DNA of 63,098 nt from Candidatus Micrarchaeota archaeon (GCA_021803245.1 JAJZLT010000016.1:1-63098), one strand, 5' to 3'; shown: positions 48,761 through 59,237, counted from the stretch's first letter. The notes: a model not told the origin generated them from the letters alone. Made by a program: numbers and translations.

Positions 48761-48949
48761 TCAGTCGTTTATGTTAAGGGCGTATGTCCCATTTACCTTG
48801 ATATCTAGCTTCTTTGCGAGTTCTGATTTTTCATAGTCAAGGATTACTATATAGCCATTCCATTTGGATGTAAGGTCGGACTTGCCGCAGATAGGGCAGA
48901 CATCCCCCTGCGCTATTATTACCCTGCAAGCTCTGCACGCTTTTTCCAT
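48761..48949 (-). CDS. spt4: Transcription elongation factor Spt4 (RpoE'')
   Basis: KACRAC, CPICG, WNGYIVILDYEKSELAK, GTYAL. Confidence 0.95.
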   Translation of the reverse strand: MEKACRACRVIIAQGDVCPICGKSDLTSKWNGYIVILDYEKSELAKKLDIKVNGTYALNIND

Positions 48950-48962
48950 ATATACTACCTAT

Positions 48963-49550
48963 TCACTTCCTCCTTGGCCCGCGTTTTTCCTGAGGTTTCT
49001 TGGCAGGGACCTTTGGCTCTTTTAGCCACTCTGGCTTTCCAAGGCCCTCTGGCCTCATTGTAAGCGCTATCTTTGTATCCTTTATGTTGTTCTTCATGCT
49101 TACTGTTGAAACTTTTGCATAGACATTGTCCCCCTTCTTCAAGCTTCTTCCGGTATTCCTCAGCACGAACATTGCGGATTTCCTGTCGTAATTTATGAAA
49201 TCGTTCGTTATCTGCGAAAGATGCACAAGGCCATCGAGCGGTCCCAGCCTTACGAAGGCGCCGAATTCAACCAGCTCGGAAACTTCTCCTTCGACTACTT
49301 CATTAACCTCAAGATTGAATGCAAGCACGTCAAACCGCACGTCATGGTGGGTAGACGGGTCTCCAGGCAGGATCACTCCGTCACTTATGTCACGGATGTT
49401 GAAGACTGATAGTATCACGCCTATATCCTTGTCCAGCGTCCTCTCGTACTTGCTCTTGAGTATCCCGTATGCAGCTTCATTGAGATCCTCTCCGAAATGG
49501 CTGGGAGGCAAGCTTATTGTATCCTTTACGCTGTATATGTAGTACAACAT
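48963..49550 (-). CDS. rpoE1: RNA polymerase subunit E' (Rpo7)
   Basis: LPPSHFGE, GVILPGD, EFGAFVRLGPLDGLVHLSQI, ALTMRPEGLGKPEW. Confidence 0.96.
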   Translation of the reverse strand: MLYYIYSVKDTISLPPSHFGEDLNEAAYGILKSKYERTLDKDIGVILSVFNIRDISDGVILPGDPSTHHDVRFDVLAFNLEVNEVVEGEVSELVEFGAFVRLGPLDGLVHLSQITNDFINYDRKSAMFVLRNTGRSLKKGDNVYAKVSTVSMKNNIKDTKIALTMRPEGLGKPEWLKEPKVPAKKPQEKRGPRRK

Positions 49551-49600
49551 TTCACCCTAATAAATAGCATTATATTATTGTGACTAGAATTTATAAAACT

Positions 49601-49972
49601 TTACTTAATGTATCCCTGTATGCTAAGACTGAACGTTTTTATCCCTTTTTCCTTCAGTTTCCTCCTTAATGCAGTATCATTGGTGCAGACGTCGAATTTA
49701 AGCGTAAAAGCCTTCCTTAGTATCCAGGAATCGACATATCCCTGGCCATCCTCAACTTCTATGCCATGCTTCCTGATTAACTCCAGGCCGGCCCTGGCAT
49801 ATTTTGCGTATCTTCCTCTGCTTGAACCTATTCCTTTAAGCTCGTTGACTACGCCTTCGGACACGACCGGCTTGTATGAAGGCTCATATGCAAGTATTGC
49901 ATTGAAGACGTCAGATCGGTGGGAGAGTCCGAATATTATAGAGCTCGTATCCACTATGATGAACTGCGGCAT
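49601..49972 (-). CDS. PIN-domain protein (Fcf1/Utp24-like)
   Basis: IIVDTS, VVNEL, VDSWI, CTNDTALRRK; usual position upstream of rpoE'. Confidence 0.88.
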   Translation of the reverse strand: MPQFIIVDTSSIIFGLSHRSDVFNAILAYEPSYKPVVSEGVVNELKGIGSSRGRYAKYARAGLELIRKHGIEVEDGQGYVDSWILRKAFTLKFDVCTNDTALRRKLKEKGIKTFSLSIQGYIK

Positions 49973-50043
49973 AGGTTTATATAAGCTTAATTAAATATAA
50001 AAAATGGTAAATTAAGCTTAGCTTCAGGAATCTGGTTTATTTG

Positions 50044-50913
50044 ATGTTTACTCTATGGCACTTTATAGTATCGGTAATTTTGGGCCTAGTCCAGGGCATT
50101 TCCGAGTGGCTGCCAGTTAGCAGCAAGACGCAGGTGCTCCTCGCATCCTCTTATTTATTGCACCTTACGTATTCTCAGGCTTATACTTTTGGACTCTTTA
50201 TGGAGATAGGCACTGTCTTTGCCGCCATAGTATACTTCAGGAAAGAGATATGGTCATTGATACGCGTCATACTGCTTAGAGGCACAGAACACGAAAAGAA
50301 ATTGTTTGTATACGTGCTCCTGGCAACGGTAATGACCGGCATAATAGGCGCTCCCCTTTATCTCTTTGCAGATTCTTTGAAGGCAATACCGCTGTACCTT
50401 CCCATGATAATAATAGGCATCGTGCTTATAGCTGATGCTTTCTTCATAAGGCATTCGCGCCGCAGGCAGCGGGAGGGATACAACACCAGGAAGTTCGAAA
50501 ATCTGGGCCTGAAGGATTACATAATAATAGGCATTATGCAGGGCATTGCGGCCCTGCCGGGTGTCAGCAGGTCCGGAATAACTACAAGCACCATGTTTCT
50601 AATGAAAATAGAGCCTGATGAGGCATTCAGGCTCTCTTTCCTGATAGGCATCTTCGCCTCCGTAGCTGCATTCGGACTGACTGTTATCGTAAGCCACCAG
50701 AACGTATCTGCTGCGCTTGCCGGAATAGGGCTCGCAGGAATTGCAGTGGCGATAGTTGTTTCCGCAATCTTCAGCATCTTCTTCATAGATTTCCTGATAA
50801 AGATAGCAGGCAGGTCCAGGATAGTTTATCTTGTTGCTGCACTCGGAATCCTTGCAATCGCAAGCGGGATAATGCTGGCCTTTGTGCCTGCCTGGGCTGC
50901 TGCGGCATCTTGA
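50044..50913 (+). CDS. uppP: Undecaprenyl-diphosphate phosphatase (BacA)
   Basis: LGLVQGISEWLPVSS, QGIAALPGVSRSGIT, AFRLSFL. Confidence 0.9.
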   Translation: MFTLWHFIVSVILGLVQGISEWLPVSSKTQVLLASSYLLHLTYSQAYTFGLFMEIGTVFAAIVYFRKEIWSLIRVILLRGTEHEKKLFVYVLLATVMTGIIGAPLYLFADSLKAIPLYLPMIIIGIVLIADAFFIRHSRRRQREGYNTRKFENLGLKDYIIIGIMQGIAALPGVSRSGITTSTMFLMKIEPDEAFRLSFLIGIFASVAAFGLTVIVSHQNVSAALAGIGLAGIAVAIVVSAIFSIFFIDFLIKIAGRSRIVYLVAALGILAIASGIMLAFVPAWAAAAS

Positions 50914-51040
50914 CTTTGCTGCATTTACAGACCATTTGTCCCTGACTGGGAAAGGGTTATATTTGTATTACTGCAGACTTTATACAGGAGTGCGGATCTT
51001 GCCATAATTACCTTTGTTATGCGCTAACGATTAACAGGGC

Positions 51041-51454
51041 ATGTTTAGTATGGAAATGGATATGTATGCTGAGACCCTCATTGAAGCTTATGAGCACCCA
51101 CAGAATAAGGGTGCCCTTGAAAAGCCGGCAGTTTCAATGGATGAGGAGAACATCTCATGCGGTGACAAGATAACCGTTTATTTGGAGGTAGACGCCGGGC
51201 GCATAAAGGAAATAAAATTCCAGGGTTCAGGATGCATCATCTCGATGGCTTCTGCTGAGCTGCTTATAGACGAGCTCAGGGGAAAAACCCTGGGCGATGT
51301 AAAATCGATGACAAAAGAAGACCTGCTAAAGATAATAAATATAGATCCTGGGCCGGTAAGGATGCACTGCGCTACTCTTGCGCTGCGCGCAATTAAAAAA
51401 GCCGTTTTCGCATATCTTCATGAGCCGCTGGACTCTTCCACGAAGGAACTTTAG
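51041..51454 (+). CDS. Fe-S scaffold / sulfur-transfer protein (IscU/SufU family)
   Basis: HPQNKG, NISCGD, GCIISMASA, RMHCATL. Confidence 0.92.
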   Translation: MFSMEMDMYAETLIEAYEHPQNKGALEKPAVSMDEENISCGDKITVYLEVDAGRIKEIKFQGSGCIISMASAELLIDELRGKTLGDVKSMTKEDLLKIINIDPGPVRMHCATLALRAIKKAVFAYLHEPLDSSTKEL

Positions 51455-51457
51455 GCT

Positions 51458-52171
51458 CTATTCGATCTTTATCTCAATTCTCTTCCTGTGCGCGCCCTTG
51501 TTCTCAAAGCTGCTCAGCTTTATGGCCCCTATTTCGCTCGTATTCCTTACATGGGTGCCTCCGTCAGCCTGCAGATCGACTCCCTCTATCTCGACTATGC
51601 GGATATTTGCAAGGCTCTTAACCAGCTCCTCTCCGGGCTGTGTCCTGACCAGACCTGGAAAGGATGCCGCCTCTTCTTTCGCAAGCAGCCTTGAAGTCAC
51701 CGCATGCCCCTCATCTATTATAGACTGCGTTTCTTCCACGATCTTGATGCCCAATTCGCGGTTGAGCTGCGGAAAATCAAAGTCTATGTGGGCTTTGTCA
51801 GGATAGAGCATGTTTCCGGTAGACTTCCCCCCGTATTTTTTAAGCACAAGAGAGCTTAGTATGTGGATTGTTGTGTGGTATTTCATGAGCGAATATCTTC
51901 TTTTCCAATCTATCTTCCCGATTGCCCTGCCGCCCGGCTTTATGTCTCCGCTTTTATCTAGTATATGCACGATGTCGTCTCCTGATTTCCTTACATCGTC
52001 GACTTTGTAAGGCATGCCGTCCACTAAAAGCTCTCCAGTGTCATTGGCCTGGCCGCCGCCTGTTGGATAGAATGCAGTTTTGTCAAGAACTACGCCCTCG
52101 GGGCCCGCGCTGACTACGCTTGCCTCGAAGTCCTTTATATATGCATCTTTCCAGTACAATCTCTCCGTCAT
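51458..52171 (-). CDS. alaX: AlaX-type alanyl-tRNA editing protein
   Basis: LYWKDAY, TAFYPTGGGQ, MKYHTTIH, DLQADGGTHV. Confidence 0.9.
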   Translation of the reverse strand: MTERLYWKDAYIKDFEASVVSAGPEGVVLDKTAFYPTGGGQANDTGELLVDGMPYKVDDVRKSGDDIVHILDKSGDIKPGGRAIGKIDWKRRYSLMKYHTTIHILSSLVLKKYGGKSTGNMLYPDKAHIDFDFPQLNRELGIKIVEETQSIIDEGHAVTSRLLAKEEAASFPGLVRTQPGEELVKSLANIRIVEIEGVDLQADGGTHVRNTSEIGAIKLSSFENKGAHRKRIEIKIE

Positions 52172-52445
52172 GGAATCACGCGAAATGAAAATCAGAGACT
52201 CTCTTTTTCATCACAATTCAGAAATACCTCGTCTCATCATCTTAGTAATAATGTATTGGCATAGCTATTAACTTTTCCGGCTAGTCTGCACAGAACAGGA
52301 ACGAGCAGGCAGCATGCAGGCATGGCTATTATCCTTTCACTTCTGCCTGTCCTGCCGGTAGTGAGAATAATAGCAGGATTTCTCTTTGCGCAAAGGCGCA
52401 TATAATAGCATGTTGCGCTGCCTGCGGCGCGTGCTCGGATATTGT

Positions 52446-53657
52446 TCAGCGGTTCGCGAGGCTTTTCTGGTAAATCAGGTGTTTGAGCAGCGTGCTGTTC
52501 TTTATCCATGCATTAACAGGTATATCCATCTTCTTTGAGACGTAGTTGAGAACGCCCTGCAGGCTCTCCATTACCATCGGCTCCCTTTTCAGTGCCTGCC
52601 TTACATGCTCCCTGACGTTCCATACGCCGACAGGCATTATATAGCCGGAGTGCACCTCGCGCAGTATCAGGACCTTCGCCTGCCTCTTGAGCTTTTCAAG
52701 AAGCTCGCCGACTGCGAGCCTCGCCGCATAGTAGCATCCGCCTATCTCGGCATAGGTCTTCCTGCCAGTGTAAGGTTCATAGGATGCGCCCATGTCTATG
52801 GTGGTGCTGTCAAGGTTCCACGTAGTATTCGGATACCATGCCTCTATAGACTCGTACTCCCACGAACCAGGCACCATTATTATCAGCCATCTGTTGTCAA
52901 GGGCGAGATTCTCAAACACCCGTATCGCATCTACCTCAGGATAGCTCTTTATGGACTCCAGCTTGTGCTTTGACAATGTATCATCAGTTGCAGTTATGCT
53001 CCATCTTGTCGGTACGAATTTTCTTCTGCCTCCTTTACCCAGCAGGCCCGCGGCAAGAGCTTTCTGTATCTTGGAGACCACCAGGCCTTTTTCGTAAAGC
53101 TCTATTATCGCATTGCTTGCTCCCAGATCCGTATCCAGATATGCGCTTTCAATATCCCTGTCTGCGCGCACGTTTCCCAGATTCATAGATGTAAGCTTGG
53201 CGCTTGGTCCGAAAGGCTGGCTATGCTCATCGAAGCTCACCCGTGATTCAGGCTTTTTGGACAGCCGCACATCCACTTCGGTGAACTTCTCCGCCAGTGC
53301 TATCTCCTTCACCATCTCTTCGATGCGGCCATTGTCCACATTGTTTATTCTTGTGAGATGCATGCCGCGTATGAGCATTGAACGCATCTCGACTATTTCA
53401 GGTATTGTTTTTCCGACCCACTTCTCGGGCATGCCCATAAAGGAGGTATCGCCTATTCTTGGCGGCACTAGCGGGCCTATGTACACATTGGGATATCCGT
53501 ACCTGCCCACAAAAATATCCGGCGGTGATGAACCGTAAAGCTCATTGCCCTTTATCAGCTCAACCGCTTTTGACCGGTAATAGCGCTTGAGGAATTTTGA
53601 ATCGCGCATATTCCTGTAGACGGAATACGAGCTTACGATATCATAAGGCTGCTGCAT
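52446..53657 (-). CDS. nreA: Nre-family DNA repair protein
   Basis: GSSPPDIFVGRYGYP, VPTRWSITATD, GGCYYAARLAV, PVGVWNVRE; PIP-like C-terminal QKSL. Confidence 0.9.
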   Translation of the reverse strand: MQQPYDIVSSYSVYRNMRDSKFLKRYYRSKAVELIKGNELYGSSPPDIFVGRYGYPNVYIGPLVPPRIGDTSFMGMPEKWVGKTIPEIVEMRSMLIRGMHLTRINNVDNGRIEEMVKEIALAEKFTEVDVRLSKKPESRVSFDEHSQPFGPSAKLTSMNLGNVRADRDIESAYLDTDLGASNAIIELYEKGLVVSKIQKALAAGLLGKGGRRKFVPTRWSITATDDTLSKHKLESIKSYPEVDAIRVFENLALDNRWLIIMVPGSWEYESIEAWYPNTTWNLDSTTIDMGASYEPYTGRKTYAEIGGCYYAARLAVGELLEKLKRQAKVLILREVHSGYIMPVGVWNVREHVRQALKREPMVMESLQGVLNYVSKKMDIPVNAWIKNSTLLKHLIYQKSLANR

Positions 53658-53837
53658 GCATGGAACTTAGATTATGAACTTTATAAAAGTTGGCAGACAA
53701 GTCGTTTGTTGCGATATAACCCTTGAAGTACACACTGCCATCTTTATCTCGCTGCCCCGCGTACACGAAATAGGATGCATTGCTTTTGGCCCATGTACGC
53801 AAAAGCCTTTTCACTGGAAGTTTTTATCACGCGGAAG

Positions 53838-54437
53838 CTACTTTATGAGATCGGACAGCAGCTCATACGCCTTCAGCGTATCGCTTCTGCTTATCACAAG
53901 TATTGTCTGGGTATAGCAGGATATCAGTTCAATGAGGTTTATGTCGTGCTCAGCAAAGAGCGATGTCACAAATGCCATTACTCCGGAAACGCTTTCTATC
54001 TTCTCAGCCGAATTTATTATTATCGCAGAGCAGTTTTCATATGACTTGATTATGCTCTGCCTCTGCTTCTGCCCAAGAGCATGTGCCCTGTTCTTTTCGG
54101 TAAGGTAAACATAGTAGGATTCTATCTTTACCTTAGCCGTATTCTGTATCTCCAGATCTGCGTTTGTTATGAGTACAGCTATGCCCTCCAGCAGGGTAAG
54201 GGTATTGTACTTTAACACCGACATTGCGCGCATCTCTATATTCTGCCTGTTCTTCTTTATTGTTTCAAAGTATCTTCTTATGGCAGCCTTTACGGCCAGA
54301 TAGTCCTTTATGCCAAGCTCCCTTGCTATTATGCGGGCCATTGCACTCTGATTGGCTACTCCGTTCTCCAGCGCCTCGAGCAGATATGGCTTGTTCTTGA
54401 GATACAAGCGCACGACATTCGCTATTGACATGAGCAT
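53838..54437 (-). CDS. HTH plus ACT-domain protein, probable amino-acid-responsive regulator
   Basis: N-terminal NQSAMARII...AVKAAIRRY; C-terminal ACT GVMAFVTSLFAEHDINLIELISCYT; divergent from arg genes. Confidence 0.75.
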   Translation of the reverse strand: MLMSIANVVRLYLKNKPYLLEALENGVANQSAMARIIARELGIKDYLAVKAAIRRYFETIKKNRQNIEMRAMSVLKYNTLTLLEGIAVLITNADLEIQNTAKVKIESYYVYLTEKNRAHALGQKQRQSIIKSYENCSAIIINSAEKIESVSGVMAFVTSLFAEHDINLIELISCYTQTILVISRSDTLKAYELLSDLIK

Positions 54438-54540
54438 ATTTGCAAACTAAAGTATAAAAATGTATCATTTAGGACTCTTAAGGCACAAATTGTACCAAAT
54501 ATGTCGCAATATTTATATATAAAAAGAGCGCATTTTGAAT

Positions 54541-55122
54541 ATGAGAAATATGTTGGCTCAGATTGAAACGGCGAAAAAACCGCTTGAAGCATATGCCGTA
54601 ACAGCCGCGCATAAGAAAGACCTGGCAGGAATACTGCGGCTAGTCAACGGAGAGGCGGAAAAATCCGGAGCTGTGCTTGGAGTTACAAAGAGAGAGGTAA
54701 AGGCATGGATACGTGGAAGGAAGCTCTTTGGGATTAAAAATAGGGGGCTCTCGTTTGTTGCGAAGACACCTGACGGCACCGTAATAGGCCACCAGGCCAT
54801 GCATGTATGGCCCGAAAGCGGATGGTGGGAGCACAGGGCAGTGGTAACCGCCGAAGCTTACCGATCAAATGGAGTGAATGCCTCTATCACTGCTGCACTA
54901 ATGGCAAAAGTAGCCGAGAAGGACCCTGATTCTACCATTGTATCCTTGAAGAATTCAGCATCTAACGGGCGGAGGATACTGGACCAGCTTGGTTTTACAA
55001 GAGTCGATGACCACTCCAAGATTCCCAGCGAGATATTCTCAATAGGCACAGGAGGGAAATGGGAGGTTTTTACTGCGGCAGCACGTGACGTAAAGGAGAA
55101 TCTGACTAAACTGAAGCATTAA
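54541..55122 (+). CDS. GNAT acetyltransferase (possibly ArgA-like)
   Basis: DLAGILRLVN, VIGHQ, AVVTAEAYRSNGV, LGF; first gene of arg cluster. Confidence 0.7.
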   Translation: MRNMLAQIETAKKPLEAYAVTAAHKKDLAGILRLVNGEAEKSGAVLGVTKREVKAWIRGRKLFGIKNRGLSFVAKTPDGTVIGHQAMHVWPESGWWEHRAVVTAEAYRSNGVNASITAALMAKVAEKDPDSTIVSLKNSASNGRRILDQLGFTRVDDHSKIPSEIFSIGTGGKWEVFTAAARDVKENLTKLKH

Positions 55123-55161
55123 AAGACCGAAATGATAAAGCGAATATAGGAGGTAGAGGCC

Positions 55162-56271
55162 ATATCTGAACAATCATTAGTACGTACCTTCTGCAGGCTG
55201 GCATCAATACCTTCGCCAAGCGGCAGGGAGCTGGATGTAGGCAGGCATATACTATCGCTATTGGAAGCAGACGGAATAAACGCCGGATTCGATGATTCTG
55301 GAAAGAGAACCGGCAGTAATTCAGGAAACCTGATAGCAAGAATAGAAGGAGCGGGAAGGCACATAATGTTCATTGCACATATGGACACGGTGGAGACAGG
55401 CAGTGAAGCAGTTAGACCTATAGTAAGCAATGGAAAGATATACACAGATGGAAGCACTATACTCGGGGCTGACAACAAAAGCGCAATAGCTGCATTGCTG
55501 GAAGCGATGCATGCAATGAAAGGAATGAAGAACATGCCCGGTGTAACCGCGGTTTTCTCAACAGGGGAAGAAGAAGGGGAGATGGGCGCAAAGCATCTTG
55601 ATATAAACGGAATTGACTATGCTTTTGTGATAGAAGGCATAGGAAAGCCAGGAATATTCGTGAATAAAATACTGGGGCATGCCCAATTCGAAGTTGAGAT
55701 TATGGGAAGGGCAACCCATGCAGCCAAAGAACCGGAAAAAGGAAGGAATGCGATTAAAGCGGCAGCTCTGGCAATATCAAAGTTCAGGCTTGGCAGGCGC
55801 AGCAATGGCGACACGCTGAATGTCGGAGCCATATCAGGAGGCACGTTTACCAATGTCGTCCCTGCAAAAGCAGCATTTACCGGAGAAGTAAGGTCCTTTA
55901 ACAGACTAAATATGGAAAACATGCTAAGGCGAACCGAAGCTGTTGTTGCTGAATGCTGCAGAATTACGCATTGCAAATACGCATTTAAGATAAAGAGCAA
56001 TGAAATTGTGGATCCATTCTCAGTAAGCCAGCGCTCCAGAATATTCAGCATCGCCAAGGCAGCAGCAAAAGCAGGAGGCATGCGGTTTGAGGCGGAGAAG
56101 CTTTATGCCACAACCGAAGCAAATGTGCTTGCAAAAAAGGGCGTAGAGACGATATGCATGTTCGGCGGCGGGGCTGCGCCACATTCGGTTTCAGAGAGCT
56201 TGCTTGTAGAGGACATGGTAAGGCTGAAGAGCCTGATAGTAGCTGTAGCGAAAAGTGCAAACAAATATTAG
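55162..56271 (+). CDS. M20 metallopeptidase/deacylase (PepT/ArgE-like), probable ATA start
   Basis: AHMDTV, LGADNKS, TGEEEG, HAAKEPEKGRNAI, PHSVSE; family-typical N-terminus ISEQSLVRTFCRLASIPSPSGRE lies upstream of TTG 55261. Confidence 0.85.
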   Translation: MSEQSLVRTFCRLASIPSPSGRELDVGRHILSLLEADGINAGFDDSGKRTGSNSGNLIARIEGAGRHIMFIAHMDTVETGSEAVRPIVSNGKIYTDGSTILGADNKSAIAALLEAMHAMKGMKNMPGVTAVFSTGEEEGEMGAKHLDINGIDYAFVIEGIGKPGIFVNKILGHAQFEVEIMGRATHAAKEPEKGRNAIKAAALAISKFRLGRRSNGDTLNVGAISGGTFTNVVPAKAAFTGEVRSFNRLNMENMLRRTEAVVAECCRITHCKYAFKIKSNEIVDPFSVSQRSRIFSIAKAAAKAGGMRFEAEKLYATTEANVLAKKGVETICMFGGGAAPHSVSESLLVEDMVRLKSLIVAVAKSANKY

Positions 56272-56304
56272 TTATAATGTTTTATGGTTAAAAAGGTGTT
56301 GATT

Positions 56305-57582
56305 ATGGCTAGAAAAAAAGTTGTATTGGCTTACAGCGGCGGCCTTGACACTTCAGTAATATTGAAGTGGCTTGTTAACAAAGGCTTTGATGTCATCTGC
56401 TTTGTAGGAAACATCGGGCAGCAGGAAGACTTTGAATATGTGCGCAGAAAGGCCCTTAAGACCGGAGCCTCGAAGGTTTTCATTGAAGATTTAAGGGAGG
56501 AGTTTGTAACGGATTTTATTTATCCTGCCATGATGGGAGATGCAATTTATGAGGGGAGATACCTGCTTGGCACGTCGCTTGCAAGGCCGCTGCTGGCCAA
56601 GAAGCAGATGGAGATAGCCCATGAAGAAGGGGCGGAATATGTCGCGCACGGAGCAACGGGAAAAGGAAACGATCAGGTGAGGTTTGAGCTTAGTTACTAT
56701 GCGTTGGATCCTGACATAAAGGTTATCGCGCCGTGGAAGGATCCCGAATTCCTCTCGGAGTTCAACGGAAGGAGCGACATGATCGCTTATGCGAAGAAGT
56801 ATGATATACCGATTAAAGCTACAAAGAGCAAGCCTTACAGCGAAGACGAGAATCTGATGCATATAAGCCACGAGGCAGGCCTTCTGGAAGACCCGCTCTT
56901 CAGGCCTTACGAGAGCATCTTTAACCGGACGGTAGATCCGAGGGAAGCCCAGGACAGCGAGACAGTGCTTGAGATATACTTTAAGAATGGGCTGCCTAGC
57001 AAAGTAGTTAACAAAAAGACCAAAGTAACAAAAACCAGGCCGCTTGAGCTCTTTCTGTACCTGAATGAAATGGGAAGCAAAAACGGCATAGGGAGAGTAG
57101 ACATGGTCGAGAACAGGTATATAGGAATAAAATCAAGGGGAGTATATGAGACGCCGGGAGCCACCATTCTCTGGGAGGCGCACAGGGATCTTGAGGGTAT
57201 AGCAATGGACAAGGAGGTTATGCATCTCAGGGACATGCTGATACCCAAGTTTGCCGAGCTTATATACAACGGCTTCTGGTTCTCTCCGGAAATGGATTTT
57301 CTTATGAGTGCATTCAGCAAGACGCAGGAAGCCATAGATGGCAGGGTTATTGTGCGGCTTTTCAAGGGGTCTGTGAACGCTGTTGCCAGGGAATCTTACA
57401 TAAACTTATACAACCAGAAGCTCTCAAGCATGGATGAAAAAGGCGGATTCGATGCCACTGACTCTAAAGGATTCATAAACATAAACGCGATAAGGCTCAA
57501 GGCTCACAACCGCGCCCTGAAGCAGAAGAATCCTTATGAATGGAGAGGCAAGCTGCTGGGAAGCCTGAGAGGATCCAGATGA
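56305..57582 (+). CDS. argG: Argininosuccinate synthase
   Basis: [50 protein letters not shown]. Confidence 0.98.
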   Translation: MARKKVVLAYSGGLDTSVILKWLVNKGFDVICFVGNIGQQEDFEYVRRKALKTGASKVFIEDLREEFVTDFIYPAMMGDAIYEGRYLLGTSLARPLLAKKQMEIAHEEGAEYVAHGATGKGNDQVRFELSYYALDPDIKVIAPWKDPEFLSEFNGRSDMIAYAKKYDIPIKATKSKPYSEDENLMHISHEAGLLEDPLFRPYESIFNRTVDPREAQDSETVLEIYFKNGLPSKVVNKKTKVTKTRPLELFLYLNEMGSKNGIGRVDMVENRYIGIKSRGVYETPGATILWEAHRDLEGIAMDKEVMHLRDMLIPKFAELIYNGFWFSPEMDFLMSAFSKTQEAIDGRVIVRLFKGSVNAVARESYINLYNQKLSSMDEKGGFDATDSKGFININAIRLKAHNRALKQKNPYEWRGKLLGSLRGSR

Positions 57583-58763
57583 AGCTGTGGGATAAGGGAT
57601 ATAAAATAGACAGGGAGGCAGAAGATTACGCTGTCAGCAACAACTACCTGCTGGATCAGGCGCTTGTAAAGTATGACTGCATTGCATCAAAGGCGCATGC
57701 AGAGATGCTGGGCAGGATAGGAATCCTGAGCAGGGAGGAGGTAAGGGTGCTGGGCCTGGCGCTGGACGAGATAATAGAGCTGGACAGGAAAGGAAAGTTC
57801 ATTATTGAGAAAAGCCAGGAAGACTGCCATACGGCAATAGAGAATTATCTTACCGGAAAGCTTGGTGACACTGGAAAAAAGATACACACGGCAAGATCGA
57901 GAAATGACCAGATACAGGCTGCGCTGAGGCTGTATTACAAGGATGAGCTGCTTAGGTCGAAAAAGATGGTGCTTGGGCTCATAACTGATGTAAAAGGCTT
58001 TGCCAGGAGGAATGGCAAGGTAAAGATTCCGGGTTTTACGCACAGCAGAAAGGCCATGCCCTCTTCCATGGGGATGTGGAGCGGTGCACTTGCAGAGGCT
58101 CTGATGGATGATATCAAGCTGCTCGATGCTGCAACAGATCTGATAGACCAGTCGCCGCTTGGGACCGGGGCAGGATACGGCCTGCCGCTTTATGTGGACA
58201 GGGCATATGTTGCAAAGAGGCTCAAGTTCAGAAAAATCCAGAAAAATCCAATCTATGTTCAGAACAGCAGGGGCAAGTTCGAAGCAACTATTGTGCATGC
58301 GCTTTCGCAGATAATGTTCGACCTCAACAAAACTGCCCAGGATGTCATAACCTTCAGCATGCCCGATTTCGGCTATTTTGTAATACCGGACGAGCTTACG
58401 ACAGGCAGCTCCATAATGCCCCAGAAGAAGAATCCCGACATACTTGAGGATGTGAGGGCAAACTATCATGTCATCAATTCCTATGAGTTCAGGATAAAGG
58501 GAGTCATAGGAAACCTCCTTTCAGGATACAATACGGACTTATGGCTCACAAAGGAGCCGGTGATGAAAAGCTTCGACGTTACTGACAGGAGCCTTTCGGT
58601 GATCGGCCTGCTCTTTAGGAAGCTCGGGGTGGACAGAAAGAAGTGTGCTGCTGCCATGACAGAAGAGCTTTATGCGACTGAAAAAGCTTATAAGATGGTC
58701 AAGGAGGGGAAGCCTTTCAGGGACGCTTACAAGGCGGTTTCAAAGGAGTATAAAAAGCAGTAG
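57579..58763 (+). CDS. argH: Argininosuccinate lyase (short form)
   Basis: [44 protein letters not shown] overlap with argG. Confidence 0.96.
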   Translation: MKLWDKGYKIDREAEDYAVSNNYLLDQALVKYDCIASKAHAEMLGRIGILSREEVRVLGLALDEIIELDRKGKFIIEKSQEDCHTAIENYLTGKLGDTGKKIHTARSRNDQIQAALRLYYKDELLRSKKMVLGLITDVKGFARRNGKVKIPGFTHSRKAMPSSMGMWSGALAEALMDDIKLLDAATDLIDQSPLGTGAGYGLPLYVDRAYVAKRLKFRKIQKNPIYVQNSRGKFEATIVHALSQIMFDLNKTAQDVITFSMPDFGYFVIPDELTTGSSIMPQKKNPDILEDVRANYHVINSYEFRIKGVIGNLLSGYNTDLWLTKEPVMKSFDVTDRSLSVIGLLFRKLGVDRKKCAAAMTEELYATEKAYKMVKEGKPFRDAYKAVSKEYKKQ

Positions 58764-58781
58764 CCCCATATTCATTCTGTT

Positions 58782-59237
58782 GTGACACCGATGCAGGTTC
58801 TTGGACATGTTGCAGGTCTAAAGAAGAAGATAGATTCAAAGCTAGAGGAGATACTGAGAAAAAGCACATTCAGGGTTGAAGCTGGGCGTTTCGCCTACGC
58901 GAAGGTCAGGTCAGCTCCTGCCGAAGGCAACCACTTCATGATAGTCAAGGACAATTCCGAGATAACAGTTGTGACTGGGGAGGAAAATCTAAGGTATCTT
59001 GATTTGATAGAGCGAAATAAGGACACGTACGCACTGATAATGCTGAATGCTTACCTTCCTTTTTACTCAACCGGATTCATTGCGGCAGTGAGCGATGCCA
59101 TTGCCAGCACCAACAACAACGTGCTTGTAGTTTCTACATATTCAAGGGATTACATCCTCGTAGACATAAATGCTGTTGATGCTGCCAGGAGTGCGCTTGC
59201 TGCACTCGGCCTTACAGAAGTTGTCAGAAGGGAATAG
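58782..59237 (+). CDS. Tandem ACT-domain protein (CASTOR/ACT_7-like)
   Basis: VKDNSEITVV, GFIAAVSDAIA, VLVVSTYSRDYILV. Confidence 0.75.
   Translation: MTPMQVLGHVAGLKKKIDSKLEEILRKSTFRVEAGRFAYAKVRSAPAEGNHFMIVKDNSEITVVTGEENLRYLDLIERNKDTYALIMLNAYLPFYSTGFIAAVSDAIASTNNNVLVVSTYSRDYILVDINAVDAARSALAALGLTEVVRRE

Noticed and set aside
51458..52171. AlaX with DGGTH instead of CGGTH as a novel inactive variant
   Set aside because: Asp can serve as a metal ligand and I recall this variant in other AlaX proteins, so it is not strong evidence of novelty
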